DNA of 64,000 nt, taken from Eubacteriaceae bacterium (GTDB lineage Bacteria; Bacillota; Clostridia; Eubacteriales; Anaerofustaceae). Below the pieces are notes generated by a model. The model made no database searches. It had not been told where the DNA came from and was given only the letters and a program-made list of their open reading frames with translations. A program made the translations under genes and the position numbers. Positions 36,944-46,899 of the stretch are shown here, piece after piece (positions within the stretch are counted from its first letter, which is position 1; the number at the start of each line of letters is the position of its first letter). Location of the stretch: positions 812 to 64,811 of the forward strand of contig WRIY01000005.1 of NCBI GenBank assembly GCA_009782515.1, written 5' to 3'.

Positions 36944-38878
36944 TTAGATGCCGAGTGCAAGCCTCTTCTCTTCGATTCTCTGAATCATAGCATCGCCTAG
37001 CTTGTCTACATCAGTTTCGAATGTGAAGGCTGCGCCTGTCCAATCTCTTGCCTGGTTGGTCAGGATATCTTTAACAACATCAGAACCGTCAACGTAAGGC
37101 ACGATTCCCAGGAATGTGTCGATTCCGGTTGAGATAACATAGTTGCCGATTGAAACAGCTTTTTCGCTCATCCATTCTGGCGCACATCCAACAACTGGAA
37201 GCTGAGGAACGTCAATGCCCCACTGATCAGCTACTTGGTTGACGAGAATCATCATGCGGCTTATGTCAACGCATGATCCCATGTGCAGCACTGGAGGAAT
37301 GTTGGCGAGTTCGCATACGCGCTTAATGCCTGCACCAGCGATGTCTTTAGCTTCAAAGTTCATCAGGCCGCCTTTGGCAGCTGATTGTGCTGAGCAGCCG
37401 GAAAGAACCAAAATGATATCGTTCTTAAGCAGCTTCTTCATGAGCTCAATATGTGCAAAGTCAGCCCTTACTTTCGGGTTGTTGCAGCCAACCATGGCCA
37501 CAGCGCCTCTTAGCACGCCTGATTCTATGCACTCGATGAGTGGCTTCCATGTGCCGAGTTCATCAATATAAGAAGAAGTAACCGTATCAAGCTGCTTAAT
37601 GATGGCTTCGCATGAGTATCCAACTCTAGCTTTAGCTTTCATTTGTGGAATATACACAGCCTCTTGGTCACGGTTTTTGAAGTTTTCAATAGCTGCTGTC
37701 AGGATGTTGCGCGCATTTTCGCCAGCTGTCTGTGCATTAAAGCGAATGAATTCAGCATCTGGCATCTGGGCAACAACAGAAGTAGTTATGAATTTTGTGT
37801 GGAAGCACTTGCTAAGCGGCCCAAGAGCTGGGAAGATGCACTGTACGTCAACTACGACAGCTTCCATTGCCCCTGTCAGCACAGCGTTCTCCTGCTGCAG
37901 GAAGTTGCCTGCCATTGGTATTCCGTGGCGCATGGTTACTTCGTTGGATGTGCAGCAAATGCCTACAATGTTAACGCCTTTGGCGCCAACAGACTTTGCC
38001 AGAGCAATAAGGTCTGCGTCATTGGCATGCTCAACGATCATCTCTGAAAGAGAAGGATCATGCCCATGAACCATAATGTTTACATATTCTTTGTCAATAA
38101 CTCCGAGGTTAGCCTCTGTATCGATTGGCTTTGGAGTTCCAAACATGATATCTGAAAACTCTGTTCCCATCATAGAACCGCCCCAGCCATCTGACAAACC
38201 GGCGCGAAGAGCTTGCTTAATTAGAACATCGGGAAGTGATGAGCACCCTATATGGGTCATATGCTGTGAGGTTGATACTTCACGATCAATAGCCCTTGGC
38301 TCTATGCCCAGCTTCGCCCATGTTTCCTGGCGCTCTTTTGTTGCCCTTGAGAGGAAGCGAAGTGTGCCAAACGGCTTGCCATATTCTTGAAGCCCTTCAA
38401 ATGCGACTTCGTGCGCGAGTTCATATATGTCTCTGCCTTCTGTCTCTATGCCCCACTCTTGTGCCAGCCTGATAAGTTTGTCGGGATCTTTAATCTTGTA
38501 GTTTCCATCTTCTGCTGTCTCGTGCAGAGTATGGCAGATTTCGCGGCCATGATCTGAGTGTGTTGCTGAGCCGGCTGCTGTAAAGCGCAGATAGTTGCGT
38601 GCAACTATGCCATGAACATCACAGCCGCAGATGCCTTTAGGCGCCTTGGCGGTTATGCGGCAAGGACCCATTGCGCAGATTTTGCAGCATACGCCTGTTT
38701 CTCCAAATTTGCAATGCGGAGATTGGTTTTGAGACCTCGTTATCCACGAGTCTGCATTCTTTTCCTGGCCAATCGCGAGCAGTTTAGCATATTCCGCTTC
38801 CATTACGTCGATGGCAATCAGGTTTTCTGTCGCTTTGGAGATCCTTTCTTCCAAAACAGACAATATCTTAGTTTCCAT
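36944..38878 (-). CDS. cooS: Anaerobic Ni-Fe-S carbon monoxide dehydrogenase catalytic subunit
   Basis: The N-terminal Cys cluster is CKFGETGVCCKICAMGPCRI, with later GICGC, HGHD, CCTSNE and GSCVD motifs. AAGGAGG lies 5 nt before the ATG at 38878, so I reject the track's 15-aa extension to 38923. Confidence 0.92.
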   Translation of the reverse strand: METKILSVLEERISKATENLIAIDVMEAEYAKLLAIGQEKNADSWITRSQNQSPHCKFGETGVCCKICAMGPCRITAKAPKGICGCDVHGIVARNYLRFTAAGSATHSDHGREICHTLHETAEDGNYKIKDPDKLIRLAQEWGIETEGRDIYELAHEVAFEGLQEYGKPFGTLRFLSRATKERQETWAKLGIEPRAIDREVSTSQHMTHIGCSSLPDVLIKQALRAGLSDGWGGSMMGTEFSDIMFGTPKPIDTEANLGVIDKEYVNIMVHGHDPSLSEMIVEHANDADLIALAKSVGAKGVNIVGICCTSNEVTMRHGIPMAGNFLQQENAVLTGAMEAVVVDVQCIFPALGPLSKCFHTKFITTSVVAQMPDAEFIRFNAQTAGENARNILTAAIENFKNRDQEAVYIPQMKAKARVGYSCEAIIKQLDTVTSSYIDELGTWKPLIECIESGVLRGAVAMVGCNNPKVRADFAHIELMKKLLKNDIILVLSGCSAQSAAKGGLMNFEAKDIAGAGIKRVCELANIPPVLHMGSCVDISRMMILVNQVADQWGIDVPQLPVVGCAPEWMSEKAVSIGNYVISTGIDTFLGIVPYVDGSDVVKDILTNQARDWTGAAFTFETDVDKLGDAMIQRIEEKRLALGI

Positions 38879-39449
38879 TGAAACCTCCTTGACATGCTTA
38901 TGTTGCTTGCTGGCGCGCTTCATTTTTGAAAATAAGTAGGAGTTATACTATATTTTATTGTCTGAATCGCACCAAAAGAAATATGTTCCGGATGGATTAT
39001 AGCAAAAAAGCAGCAATAAAACAATGATTAGTTACTGCCAGGCATTCAAATTTTCGAGAGAGATTTTTGGCTGTTTCTAGAATTTTATTGTATTAATGAC
39101 GCTGTCTACAATATTTTAGCGCGATATTTCGATAAATAACCATCTGTTGCCCTGAGTGCAGGATTCATGCGCGATCATGATATAGCAATCATTATAAGTT
39201 TTCGCAAAATTTGAAAAAAACGCAAATAAGAAATTCAGTATTGCATGTCTTTTTTCAATCGCTTATAGGGCTGCAAGCTGCCATCATTGCCTCTAAGCAG
39301 CACAGTTTGCTGCTTGGCTGTGGGATCGCTGCAATGCAAAATTATTGGAAGGAATGGGGTTTTATGAGCAATCCGGCATAAAGCCAGGGCAAAAGTGCAA
39401 ATGCTGTAAAAAAGCGTGTGCCGAAAATGAAAGAACACGGCATTTCGAC

Positions 39450-39473
39450 AAAAAAATGCCCTTGAAAGCATTT
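39450..39473 (-). terminator. Possible terminator closing the LuxR/zinc-ribbon cluster
   Basis: On the minus strand, an AAATGC-(8 nt)-GCATTT hairpin is followed by T7, directly after the stop at 39481. Confidence 0.45.
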
Positions 39474-39480
39474 TTCATTG

Positions 39481-40161
39481 CTAATAGCTATTTCTGCTGC
39501 CCGCCATGTACATTCTGACCAATTGCTCTACATGCTCGTAGTTGCCATTGTTTGCGTAAATCAATGCAGTTTGGCCTGAAGGCTTGTGCAATGCTATTTC
39601 GAGCTTTTCAGGGCGATACTCAGCGCTAATGTAGTCACCCCATGGATTTATTGGCATACCATGCATAAGCGTGCCGGCATTCTTTGCCATTTTTATGCCA
39701 TGCGAAACAACGCTGGGGTTAGCCTTGCCAGACGTTGCTGCAACTGATGCCATTCCCAGCATAGCGAGCCTTTTCGCTACATCAGGCGGATAGCTGCAGG
39801 CATAGCCCTCCCGGGCTATGACCCACAAAGTGCGCTCAACACCCCATTTCTTTTGCTTGCCCTTATAGGCCCATGTGATTATATAGACTGCAAGCGCCAC
39901 AATGCCGCCCATAATAACTGGCACGAACCAAAAGCCTTCAGCAAGTGCAACCAGCAAGCCGATTCCAGTCATCGGCAGCCATGCCAGCAGTATTATTGCG
40001 ATAATTGCTTTCCGGCTATAGAGGCTGCTTGCCGTTTCATAGCTGTATTCGCCTGGAGCCGGCATAGCCGCCGATCTGGCAAGGCCGCACTCAGGGCAAA
40101 AGTTTGCCCCCTCGCGCATGTAGGCCCCGCAATGCTCACAGTGCGCGGCAGATTCCATCAT
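39481..40161 (-). CDS. Zinc-ribbon / two-TM protein with an uncharacterised C-terminal domain
   Basis: CEHCGAYMREGANFCPECG lies at the N-terminus. Two hydrophobic helices follow (AIIAIILLAWLPMTGIGLLVAL, VPVIMGGIVALAVYIITWAY), then about 125 aa that I do not recognise. Confidence 0.7.
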   Translation of the reverse strand: MMESAAHCEHCGAYMREGANFCPECGLARSAAMPAPGEYSYETASSLYSRKAIIAIILLAWLPMTGIGLLVALAEGFWFVPVIMGGIVALAVYIITWAYKGKQKKWGVERTLWVIAREGYACSYPPDVAKRLAMLGMASVAATSGKANPSVVSHGIKMAKNAGTLMHGMPINPWGDYISAEYRPEKLEIALHKPSGQTALIYANNGNYEHVEQLVRMYMAGSRNSY

Positions 40162-40837
40162 ATGCTTCCCAAGCCTCTCTTTTTATTTCGCTTTTGTTTA
40201 TTTCAGCCTGCTTTGCGCAGCAATCTTTAAAGCCTGCGATAACGCTCTCGCTGCCTGCCTCTGTACAAGCATCAGGCTCGGCTGTTGCATGCTGCCACTT
40301 TCTTGTGCGCGACATTTGCAGTGCAGCAATGATTTTTTGGCCTGTTTGATCTGAGAGCACATTGCCTGCCCCGACCATTTTTCCGTTTGCGTTTTTTTCC
40401 AGGAACACTTTGAAAATATACTCCGGCTGCCCGTCAAAGGCAATATGCACTGTATCGCTGCTTTCGACTGTGATATGGCCCAAGCTTTTCACATTCTCCG
40501 GCCTGAAGCCCTGCAGCTTGGACAGGCTCTCAGGAAATGCCCCCTCTTTGACCCGATATACGCTAAAATCATAGCCCCCCTTGGCAGATGCGGATACATT
40601 AAATCTCAAATGCGATTTGTAAACATTCGTTCGGTCGCCTGACTCCCAGATTTCCAGGTACACGTCCCACTGGCCGTCCAGCGAGTCAACATCCAAGTCG
40701 ACGGTTTCTTCCCGGATTATCGGTGGGTTTTTATCGTAACAGCCGCAAAAAGCTATGGCGATGGCAACAAGCAAAGCCGCTGCTGCAATGCAAAAGCTGG
40801 CTTCACCGTCTTTTGGCAGGACAGGTTTATTGCGCAT
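40136..40837 (-). CDS. Hypothetical lipoprotein
   Basis: The signal peptide has Cys residues in a lipobox-like context (LLVAIAIAFCGC), followed by a beta-rich soluble domain. It overlaps the downstream gene by 26 nt. Confidence 0.6.
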   Translation of the reverse strand: MRNKPVLPKDGEASFCIAAAALLVAIAIAFCGCYDKNPPIIREETVDLDVDSLDGQWDVYLEIWESGDRTNVYKSHLRFNVSASAKGGYDFSVYRVKEGAFPESLSKLQGFRPENVKSLGHITVESSDTVHIAFDGQPEYIFKVFLEKNANGKMVGAGNVLSDQTGQKIIAALQMSRTRKWQHATAEPDACTEAGSESVIAGFKDCCAKQAEINKSEIKREAWEAYDGICRAL

Positions 40838-40901
40838 ATTGAGCTCTCTTCGTATCGTAGTATCGTTTAGTGGTCAATGCCGGATCATTGCAGCTATGGC
40901 A

Positions 40902-43900
40902 TCAATCCCCTTCCGGAATGACAGGGCTGTAGTAATCCGGCTGCGGGTTGTCGTAAAATGGCCCTGGCCCCCTGGTCACTATCACAATATATGACCCTGC
41001 AGGAGCGCTAATGCCGAGCTGCGGAGCGAACGAAGGGCCGTCTGCAACAGAGATCCTGTAAGTATAAACAGTGTTTTGGTAGCTTTGAACCCGGGTAATT
41101 ACGACATTGCCACTGCCGTCGCTCTCAACTTCCGTGCTCGCAGACTCACTTACCAGGCCGTTCAGATAGCTGATAACCTCATCACGCTTGCCGCCAAGAA
41201 GCACAGCAGCTTTCCAGGCGTATTGGCCTTGCGTTCCTTCATGCACGCTCAGCCCTGTCAGTGTGCCTTTGTACTCGCTTAAGGCTGTTCCCAGAAAATC
41301 GGAGGGCCATTTATAAACCGTCGGGGCTGGAGGCTCAGGGGCAGTCAGCCTTATATTTATAGCCTTTGTTGTTATTGGCAAAAAGTCGATATCGCTAAGC
41401 TCTACAACCAGCGTCAGATAATTAAACGGGCCGACGGCGTAGTTTTGCGTTACAGGCAGCGTAAAGGAATATTCATGCGCCACGTTCGGATCTATGCTTT
41501 GGTTTAGGCTTTCAAGCACGGGGTAATTGATTTCAGGTATATAAGCTTTCAGCTGGTACACCACAGGCAGCACAGACATGTTATGCACGTTAAAGGCGAG
41601 CGCATCGCCCCATGTGCCTGCCAGCTCCTCGGGCCCTACTTGCATTGGCAGATTCAATAACTCCGTATAAAACAGCTCAGTGCGCCATTTGTCAAAGCCG
41701 GTTTGCCAATAATATGAGTTAGACAGATCGAATTCTGCAGCGATTGTTTCGTCCCGCCCGTCTTCATACACTTGCATTATCCTGAGCTTTCCGTCTTCTA
41801 CAGGGCCGGTATAAATAACTGCAATTTTAAGCACTCCGCTGGGCGGCTTTGCAATTACTGACCCGTCAGCGTTTGCTACGCATTCGCCGCTTGTCCATAC
41901 AAGAAGGTTTGCTGATGATTTGGCAACATTTTTTGTTGTGATTTTATATTGCTGGCTGTCATGAAAGAATGATACAGCAGGCGCATCATTAAAAGCTGAA
42001 ATCTCATTGTTAGGGATTTTTTTGAAATCAGTGCCGTCTATATAGAATGATACAAAATCTGTGTAAAAGGCCAAATAGTTTTCGCCATAGCCGCATGCTC
42101 TGGCGACCTGCGAATACGTCGAGCCGGATACATCAGAAAAAACGCTGTATATAACCCTCCCTAAATGCATGCCCAGCACCTTGTCTATGAAGTAGGGCAC
42201 TATAGCCGCCATATCTTCAAAGGCTGCTACATGGCTAAGCGTATTGGCAACAACCTGCAGCCCATCGGAGCTTTCGAGGTCATGGCGCAGAAAATCCGTA
42301 GATACGGATTTTTTGTATTGATCTGCGCTTCTGCCAAGCGCGTATGTTTCAGCTGCATACCTGCACACGCTTTTAAGCCAAACAGGGGACTCGCCTCCGC
42401 GCATTAAGTACTTTAGCGGCGTAAAAAAGCCATATACGCTATATTCCTTTGCAAAGGTGTCGATGCCGTACATTCTGCCCAGCAAAGTTTCAAAAACCTG
42501 GTATGCCAGCTGGTAGCGCATCTCCTCAGATCCTGCTTTGCTGTCATAGTCGGAAAGCTTTACGCGTATTTGGCATATTGCCTGGCCGAATTCGCTGGCC
42601 TTAGTTGACAGAGTGTCATCATACATCATAGCCCAATAGCCTGTATCGTCATTGGTGAGCTCAGTAGGCCTGTAGCTCTCGTAATAGCTGTCCAGCTCCC
42701 TTCCCAGCCTTTCAAGCAGTGCAGCGCCCTCGGGCGGCATTATGTAATTCTCTTTTATTAAATTGAGGGTAGCCTCCTCTTCCTCCTTTGTCAGCGTTCC
42801 TGTATAAATGTCCTTTGGAGGCTTTGGATTCATGAATGGATCGATTCCGTTGCTAATCGTTACGATCGACTCGCCGGTTCTTATCGACTGGACCGCGCGC
42901 CTCACTAGAGCCGCCCTATCCGGATCGTACTTTTCCAGCATTTGCATGCTGTCAAAAAGAATGTGGAAATGCCCGTTGGGCGAAGTATACTTCGCGCCCA
43001 ATACGAATCTGCCTATATCGGTGCGCTTTACCCAATCCCAGGCATTCTTTGCAGCTATAGAATATACGATCGTGCCGGCAGTAAGCTTATACAGAATCGG
43101 CACCAGTGCAATAGGGCACAAGTGGTCGGTGTAGGCTGTAATTGTGCTGTTGGCTTCGTTCACTGTGAACGGGATGCCTACAAAGCCTGAGGTTTCATCC
43201 CAGCGTGCGGCAATGAGCTCATTTTTAGGATCGCTTACCGCGTTCGCGTCATACGGAATCGTAATTCCAATGGTATCGCCCAGCTCACCGCTTTCCCCGA
43301 CAGACAGGTCATAGACTTTGCCGTAATCCAGCCCCTCAAGGCCGGCCATGCTTTGTATTTCGCTAAGCGAAACAACCATGTCCTGGCTTGCAAAGCCCTC
43401 TGGGAGGTGAAGCGTAGCCTCTCCCAGGCTAATAGCTTGCTCTTGGCCTGATGGGTAAATAGTCTGGCTTGAAAGAAATGCTCTGTCCAGGCTGCCTATG
43501 TCAACATCAACTGTTGCGATGCCATCATCAAAAGACAAAAAATCCTCAGCAACATCGCCATCGTCGCTATAGACTGAACTCGCGCTGCTAAAGCCGTCGC
43601 TCACGCCTTCCCTGCTTGCACTCCGGTTTCTGATTCCTATTGTGCCGGTAATCAGCAATAAAACTGCAAGCGCAGACGAAATGATGCGGTACGGCAGTAT
43701 CCAACTGCCATTTTTCTTTCGGGGCAGGGGCTCTTTTGGCGCTTGTTGGCGGCGGCGCTGCTGTTTTCGCTGTTCATTCCGGGCTGGGCCTTGATCATGC
43801 GCCGGATCAAAGCCTCCTGTATCCTGGCTTTCAGCTTGCAGCGTCAGCAAAGGGGAGCCGGGCTTGGCGCCCTGATCAAGATCGCCCTCAAGGCCTGTTG

Positions 43901-44015
43901 GCAGCTTCAGCACTGTCTCGCTGCCATCCGGCCCTTCAGCTTCAGCGCCGCATTCAATACAAAACTTAGCCCTTTCCATCAGGGCTTTTCCACAGTGTGC
44001 ACAAAACCTTTCCAT
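40902..44015 (-). CDS. 1037-aa protein: N-terminal zinc ribbon, basic/disordered linker, one TM segment, ~870-aa extracytoplasmic region of unknown fold
   Basis: The ribbon is CAHCGKALMERAKFCIECG. The linker contains ...RNEQRKQQRRRQQAPKEPLPRKKNG, and the TM segment is IISSALAVLLLITGTIGI. I recognise no catalytic motif. Confidence 0.7.
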   Translation of the reverse strand: MERFCAHCGKALMERAKFCIECGAEAEGPDGSETVLKLPTGLEGDLDQGAKPGSPLLTLQAESQDTGGFDPAHDQGPARNEQRKQQRRRQQAPKEPLPRKKNGSWILPYRIISSALAVLLLITGTIGIRNRSASREGVSDGFSSASSVYSDDGDVAEDFLSFDDGIATVDVDIGSLDRAFLSSQTIYPSGQEQAISLGEATLHLPEGFASQDMVVSLSEIQSMAGLEGLDYGKVYDLSVGESGELGDTIGITIPYDANAVSDPKNELIAARWDETSGFVGIPFTVNEANSTITAYTDHLCPIALVPILYKLTAGTIVYSIAAKNAWDWVKRTDIGRFVLGAKYTSPNGHFHILFDSMQMLEKYDPDRAALVRRAVQSIRTGESIVTISNGIDPFMNPKPPKDIYTGTLTKEEEEATLNLIKENYIMPPEGAALLERLGRELDSYYESYRPTELTNDDTGYWAMMYDDTLSTKASEFGQAICQIRVKLSDYDSKAGSEEMRYQLAYQVFETLLGRMYGIDTFAKEYSVYGFFTPLKYLMRGGESPVWLKSVCRYAAETYALGRSADQYKKSVSTDFLRHDLESSDGLQVVANTLSHVAAFEDMAAIVPYFIDKVLGMHLGRVIYSVFSDVSGSTYSQVARACGYGENYLAFYTDFVSFYIDGTDFKKIPNNEISAFNDAPAVSFFHDSQQYKITTKNVAKSSANLLVWTSGECVANADGSVIAKPPSGVLKIAVIYTGPVEDGKLRIMQVYEDGRDETIAAEFDLSNSYYWQTGFDKWRTELFYTELLNLPMQVGPEELAGTWGDALAFNVHNMSVLPVVYQLKAYIPEINYPVLESLNQSIDPNVAHEYSFTLPVTQNYAVGPFNYLTLVVELSDIDFLPITTKAINIRLTAPEPPAPTVYKWPSDFLGTALSEYKGTLTGLSVHEGTQGQYAWKAAVLLGGKRDEVISYLNGLVSESASTEVESDGSGNVVITRVQSYQNTVYTYRISVADGPSFAPQLGISAPAGSYIVIVTRGPGPFYDNPQPDYYSPVIPEGD

Positions 44016-44097
44016 TTCGCTTAAACCTTCCTTATTTGCCGAAATGCCATTTTCTTTTTTATATCAATTTAGCTGCCTGGCAATGCCGCTTTATCCC

Positions 44098-44820
44098 TCA
44101 TGGGCGCACGAGCGCAATATTTTGTTTTTCGCCTGATATCCAGGTTATTTCGCCCACGCCGTATTGGCTGCCATTTATGGCGTAAAAGCTCATGATATTT
44201 ATTTTCACGCCTTTTGTATCGATGTCGCCAGCGATAAGCGCGCTTCCGGAAAATCTACCGATGTAGGCCTCTTTATCTCTAAAAGAGACATCGTAGTCTT
44301 CCCCTGTAGCCATATTCGAGCCAAAAAAGCCTTTAGTGTGGTAAGTAAATTTCGCGTTGGCGGCATCGCCGCTGATTTCAACGTTGAAAAACTCCAGTTC
44401 CTCTTGCTCGCCCTCAAACATCTGAACCGTTTCTGTGTAAGCTTTCCAATAGCCGGCAACTTGGCTAAAATCAGAAATTACGGCTCTCCCCTTTGGCAGG
44501 CCATCCCATTTCACGCTTTCCGTAAACCAGAAAAAGTCGCCAATAGACGCCTTCTCGCCTTCAGCATAGCCAAAGAAGCTCGAATAGCTGTTTTGCGTTT
44601 GGGCGTCAGGCAGCGTTTCAGCGCCGTTTATCTCTGACGGCAAAAGATTTGTACCGGCCGAATCCTCGATCTCTTGGCCCAGAGTGCCGGGGGCTTCTAT
44701 TCGAACGCTCTCGCTTGCCGCGCTGGAATCCGGGCGGTACGCGTATATGTTTAACCCGATGCCACCTGCCACCGCCAGCGCCAAGAAGGCATCTATAATT
44801 GCCGGCTTTAGTTTATTCAT
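44098..44820 (-). CDS. Hypothetical N-terminally membrane-anchored protein
   Basis: The N-terminal TM segment is AIIDAFLALAVAGGIGLNIYAY, followed by an S/A/E-rich linker and a beta-rich domain. Confidence 0.6.
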   Translation of the reverse strand: MNKLKPAIIDAFLALAVAGGIGLNIYAYRPDSSAASESVRIEAPGTLGQEIEDSAGTNLLPSEINGAETLPDAQTQNSYSSFFGYAEGEKASIGDFFWFTESVKWDGLPKGRAVISDFSQVAGYWKAYTETVQMFEGEQEELEFFNVEISGDAANAKFTYHTKGFFGSNMATGEDYDVSFRDKEAYIGRFSGSALIAGDIDTKGVKINIMSFYAINGSQYGVGEITWISGEKQNIALVRP

Positions 44821-44976
44821 AAATAAGGCTTCTCCCCTACTAAGATTTAAGCGCCGCCTTTTGCTTTTTCGCCCGCAGCTTCGCTTCTATTTTATAACAG
44901 CCGGATATAAGTGTGCCTCACATATACATGTGATATTAGCTGCATCTGCTATAAAAGCGGTTTTGCTTCCGGCCGG

Positions 44977-46437
44977 CTACTTTTGGCCAGCCGCCTGCTG
45001 CTGGCTTAGCACCAGATAGGAAAGCTCTGCTTTGCTGCTCACCCCTGCCTTGGCATATATGCTTTTCACATGGGTTCGAATGGTGTTTTCGCTCACTGAC
45101 AACTCGCTGGCAATCGCCTTATACGGCTTTCCCTGAATCAGCAAAAGCATAACTTTGTTTTCGGAAACCGTTAGCTGCTCAGCAATGCCAAGCGCTGTTG
45201 CCTGCTGCTTTTGCTTCGGCCCAGCTTTGCTGCCAGGCGCTGTATAGGCCTGGCTTTCCAGGAGCTTGGACAGCTGGCTGCTCAGCGCAGGCAGCATTAA
45301 TTGCATTGCGCATACAACGCTAAGCGCAAGCAGGGTGCTGTTATGAGTGCCGGAGCTTGATTTGGCGAATTCGCTTCCGGCAATCCCGCCTATGAGGACC
45401 CCCATCACGTTAGCGCCAAGGCCTGCCCCCATGACAAAAGCAGGGTTGCTGCCAAACTCAAGCATTTGGCCTAAAATGCTCCACCAGAAAAGATCATGAA
45501 TGCCGCATGCGCCAAGCATCAGAGTATTGATGACAAGGTAATCCTGCCAGCCGCGCCCAAGCAGGAGAAACAGTATGAATGAAAAGCCTGTCATGGCGAT
45601 TGATATATACAGCGAATAAGCGCGCTTAGAGCTGCCGGGGCGGCGGCGCATGATAAGCATGGCTCCTATATACGGCACAACCCAATACCAGCTTGCCAGA
45701 ATCTTAAGGTGGGCAAATTCAGGGTTCACAATTTGGTACATAAGCCCTGAGCTTATCGTGGCTGCAAATATGAAAAGGCATATAAACGCGAGCGGGCCTG
45801 CTAAACTTGCTCTCCCCTCGCCTTGCGGCCCGGCAGCCTCTAGATCAATTGGCGCCTGGCTGGCTTTTGGCAGCTTAAGCGCAAATGCGAACGCTGCAAA
45901 GAGGGCAAAAATTGAGGATCCTAACCCTGCTTGCGCAGATAAATGCATCGCTGCCAAATTTATCAGCACCATAAGCGCATTTGAAAAAATAAGGCAGGAA
46001 GCAATTGCACCGGCCCGATCCTCGTTTGAAAAGCAATTCTTGAAATAAAACCCCCATGCTGCTACGCAGGCCCCGACGAGAAACGAGGCTGAAAGCAATG
46101 CAGCTTTCCACAAAAACGATGGCGCCGAAAAAAAAACGCAAGAGGCAGCAATGCAAAACGCTATTGAAGCCAATATAAGGCTTTTGGCTTTTTTTATGCT
46201 CGTAACATACAGGCTGCATGTAGCAAGCCCTGCAAAGTGGGAAGCCATGGCGCCGAATGCATATGGCTGAGCTGAAACTTCGTAGCAGCTGGTTATGGCA
46301 TGCAAAACCTGGCCATCAAAAGAGAACGATAGCAGCCATGAAAAAAACAATGAAAACACGATAACCGGCAAGCTGCCTTCTGACAGCGTTTTTTTTGCGT
46401 GGCTTTTCGCTTTGGCCTCCATTGGAATTCGCTCCAT
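44977..46437 (-). CDS. Polytopic-membrane LuxR-family transcriptional regulator
   Basis: About 10 or more hydrophobic segments are followed by a C-terminal LuxR HTH (LTVSENKVMLLLIQGKPYKAIASELSVSENTIRTHVKSIYAKAGVSSKAEL). Confidence 0.8.
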   Translation of the reverse strand: MERIPMEAKAKSHAKKTLSEGSLPVIVFSLFFSWLLSFSFDGQVLHAITSCYEVSAQPYAFGAMASHFAGLATCSLYVTSIKKAKSLILASIAFCIAASCVFFSAPSFLWKAALLSASFLVGACVAAWGFYFKNCFSNEDRAGAIASCLIFSNALMVLINLAAMHLSAQAGLGSSIFALFAAFAFALKLPKASQAPIDLEAAGPQGEGRASLAGPLAFICLFIFAATISSGLMYQIVNPEFAHLKILASWYWVVPYIGAMLIMRRRPGSSKRAYSLYISIAMTGFSFILFLLLGRGWQDYLVINTLMLGACGIHDLFWWSILGQMLEFGSNPAFVMGAGLGANVMGVLIGGIAGSEFAKSSSGTHNSTLLALSVVCAMQLMLPALSSQLSKLLESQAYTAPGSKAGPKQKQQATALGIAEQLTVSENKVMLLLIQGKPYKAIASELSVSENTIRTHVKSIYAKAGVSSKAELSYLVLSQQQAAGQK

Positions 46438-46899
46438 TCCTGCCCGGGTTTAGCTGGCGCTCTCGGCCCCGGTTATTTTTTGCTGCTTAAAAGTGCCAAG
46501 CAGCACAGCTTTTAAAAAAATCAGCAACAAGAGTTCTATTATTAGCCGAAAATACTGGCAAGGATATTTTAGCAAAGAGAAAAACTGGTTTTCAAGCAAA
46601 TCCTTGCTATCTCATTTAGCCATAATTATACAGCTTGCGATATATTTGCGTCTGCCTGCTGCTTTTGTACAAATAAAAATAGAGGAAAAAGCAGTTTGGC
46701 TTTTCGAGGGGATCATTGCCGGGATCAAGTATTTTATTATACGAATGCCCCTGATGCCCGAAGTATTCGCGCCAAATTTGCGATACTTCAAAATATCTTG
46801 GCAAATGTCGAAAAACAGCGTGCTATCGTGCATTTATAGCCTTCGTTGAACTTTAGGCTGTACTGTGGTATCATGGACGAAATATTAAGAGGCAAAAAA

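Noticed and set aside
37239-38390. Plus-strand ORFs of 104-156 aa antisense to cooS, and similar ORFs antisense to acsB, the ABC genes, recD2 and glnS
   Set aside because: They are embedded in confidently identified genes on the other strand and have Ser/Pro/Ala/Cys-rich shadow-ORF composition.
38879-38923. N-terminal extensions given by the longest-ORF rule (cooS here; also 13021-13104, 23928-24005, 26340-26384, 29779-29865, 46846-46899, 53436-53606 and 55957-56010)
   Set aside because: In each case an internal start has a proper SD sequence at 5-9 nt and matches the usual N-terminus of the family. The extension either overlaps a terminator or an upstream gene, or has implausible composition.
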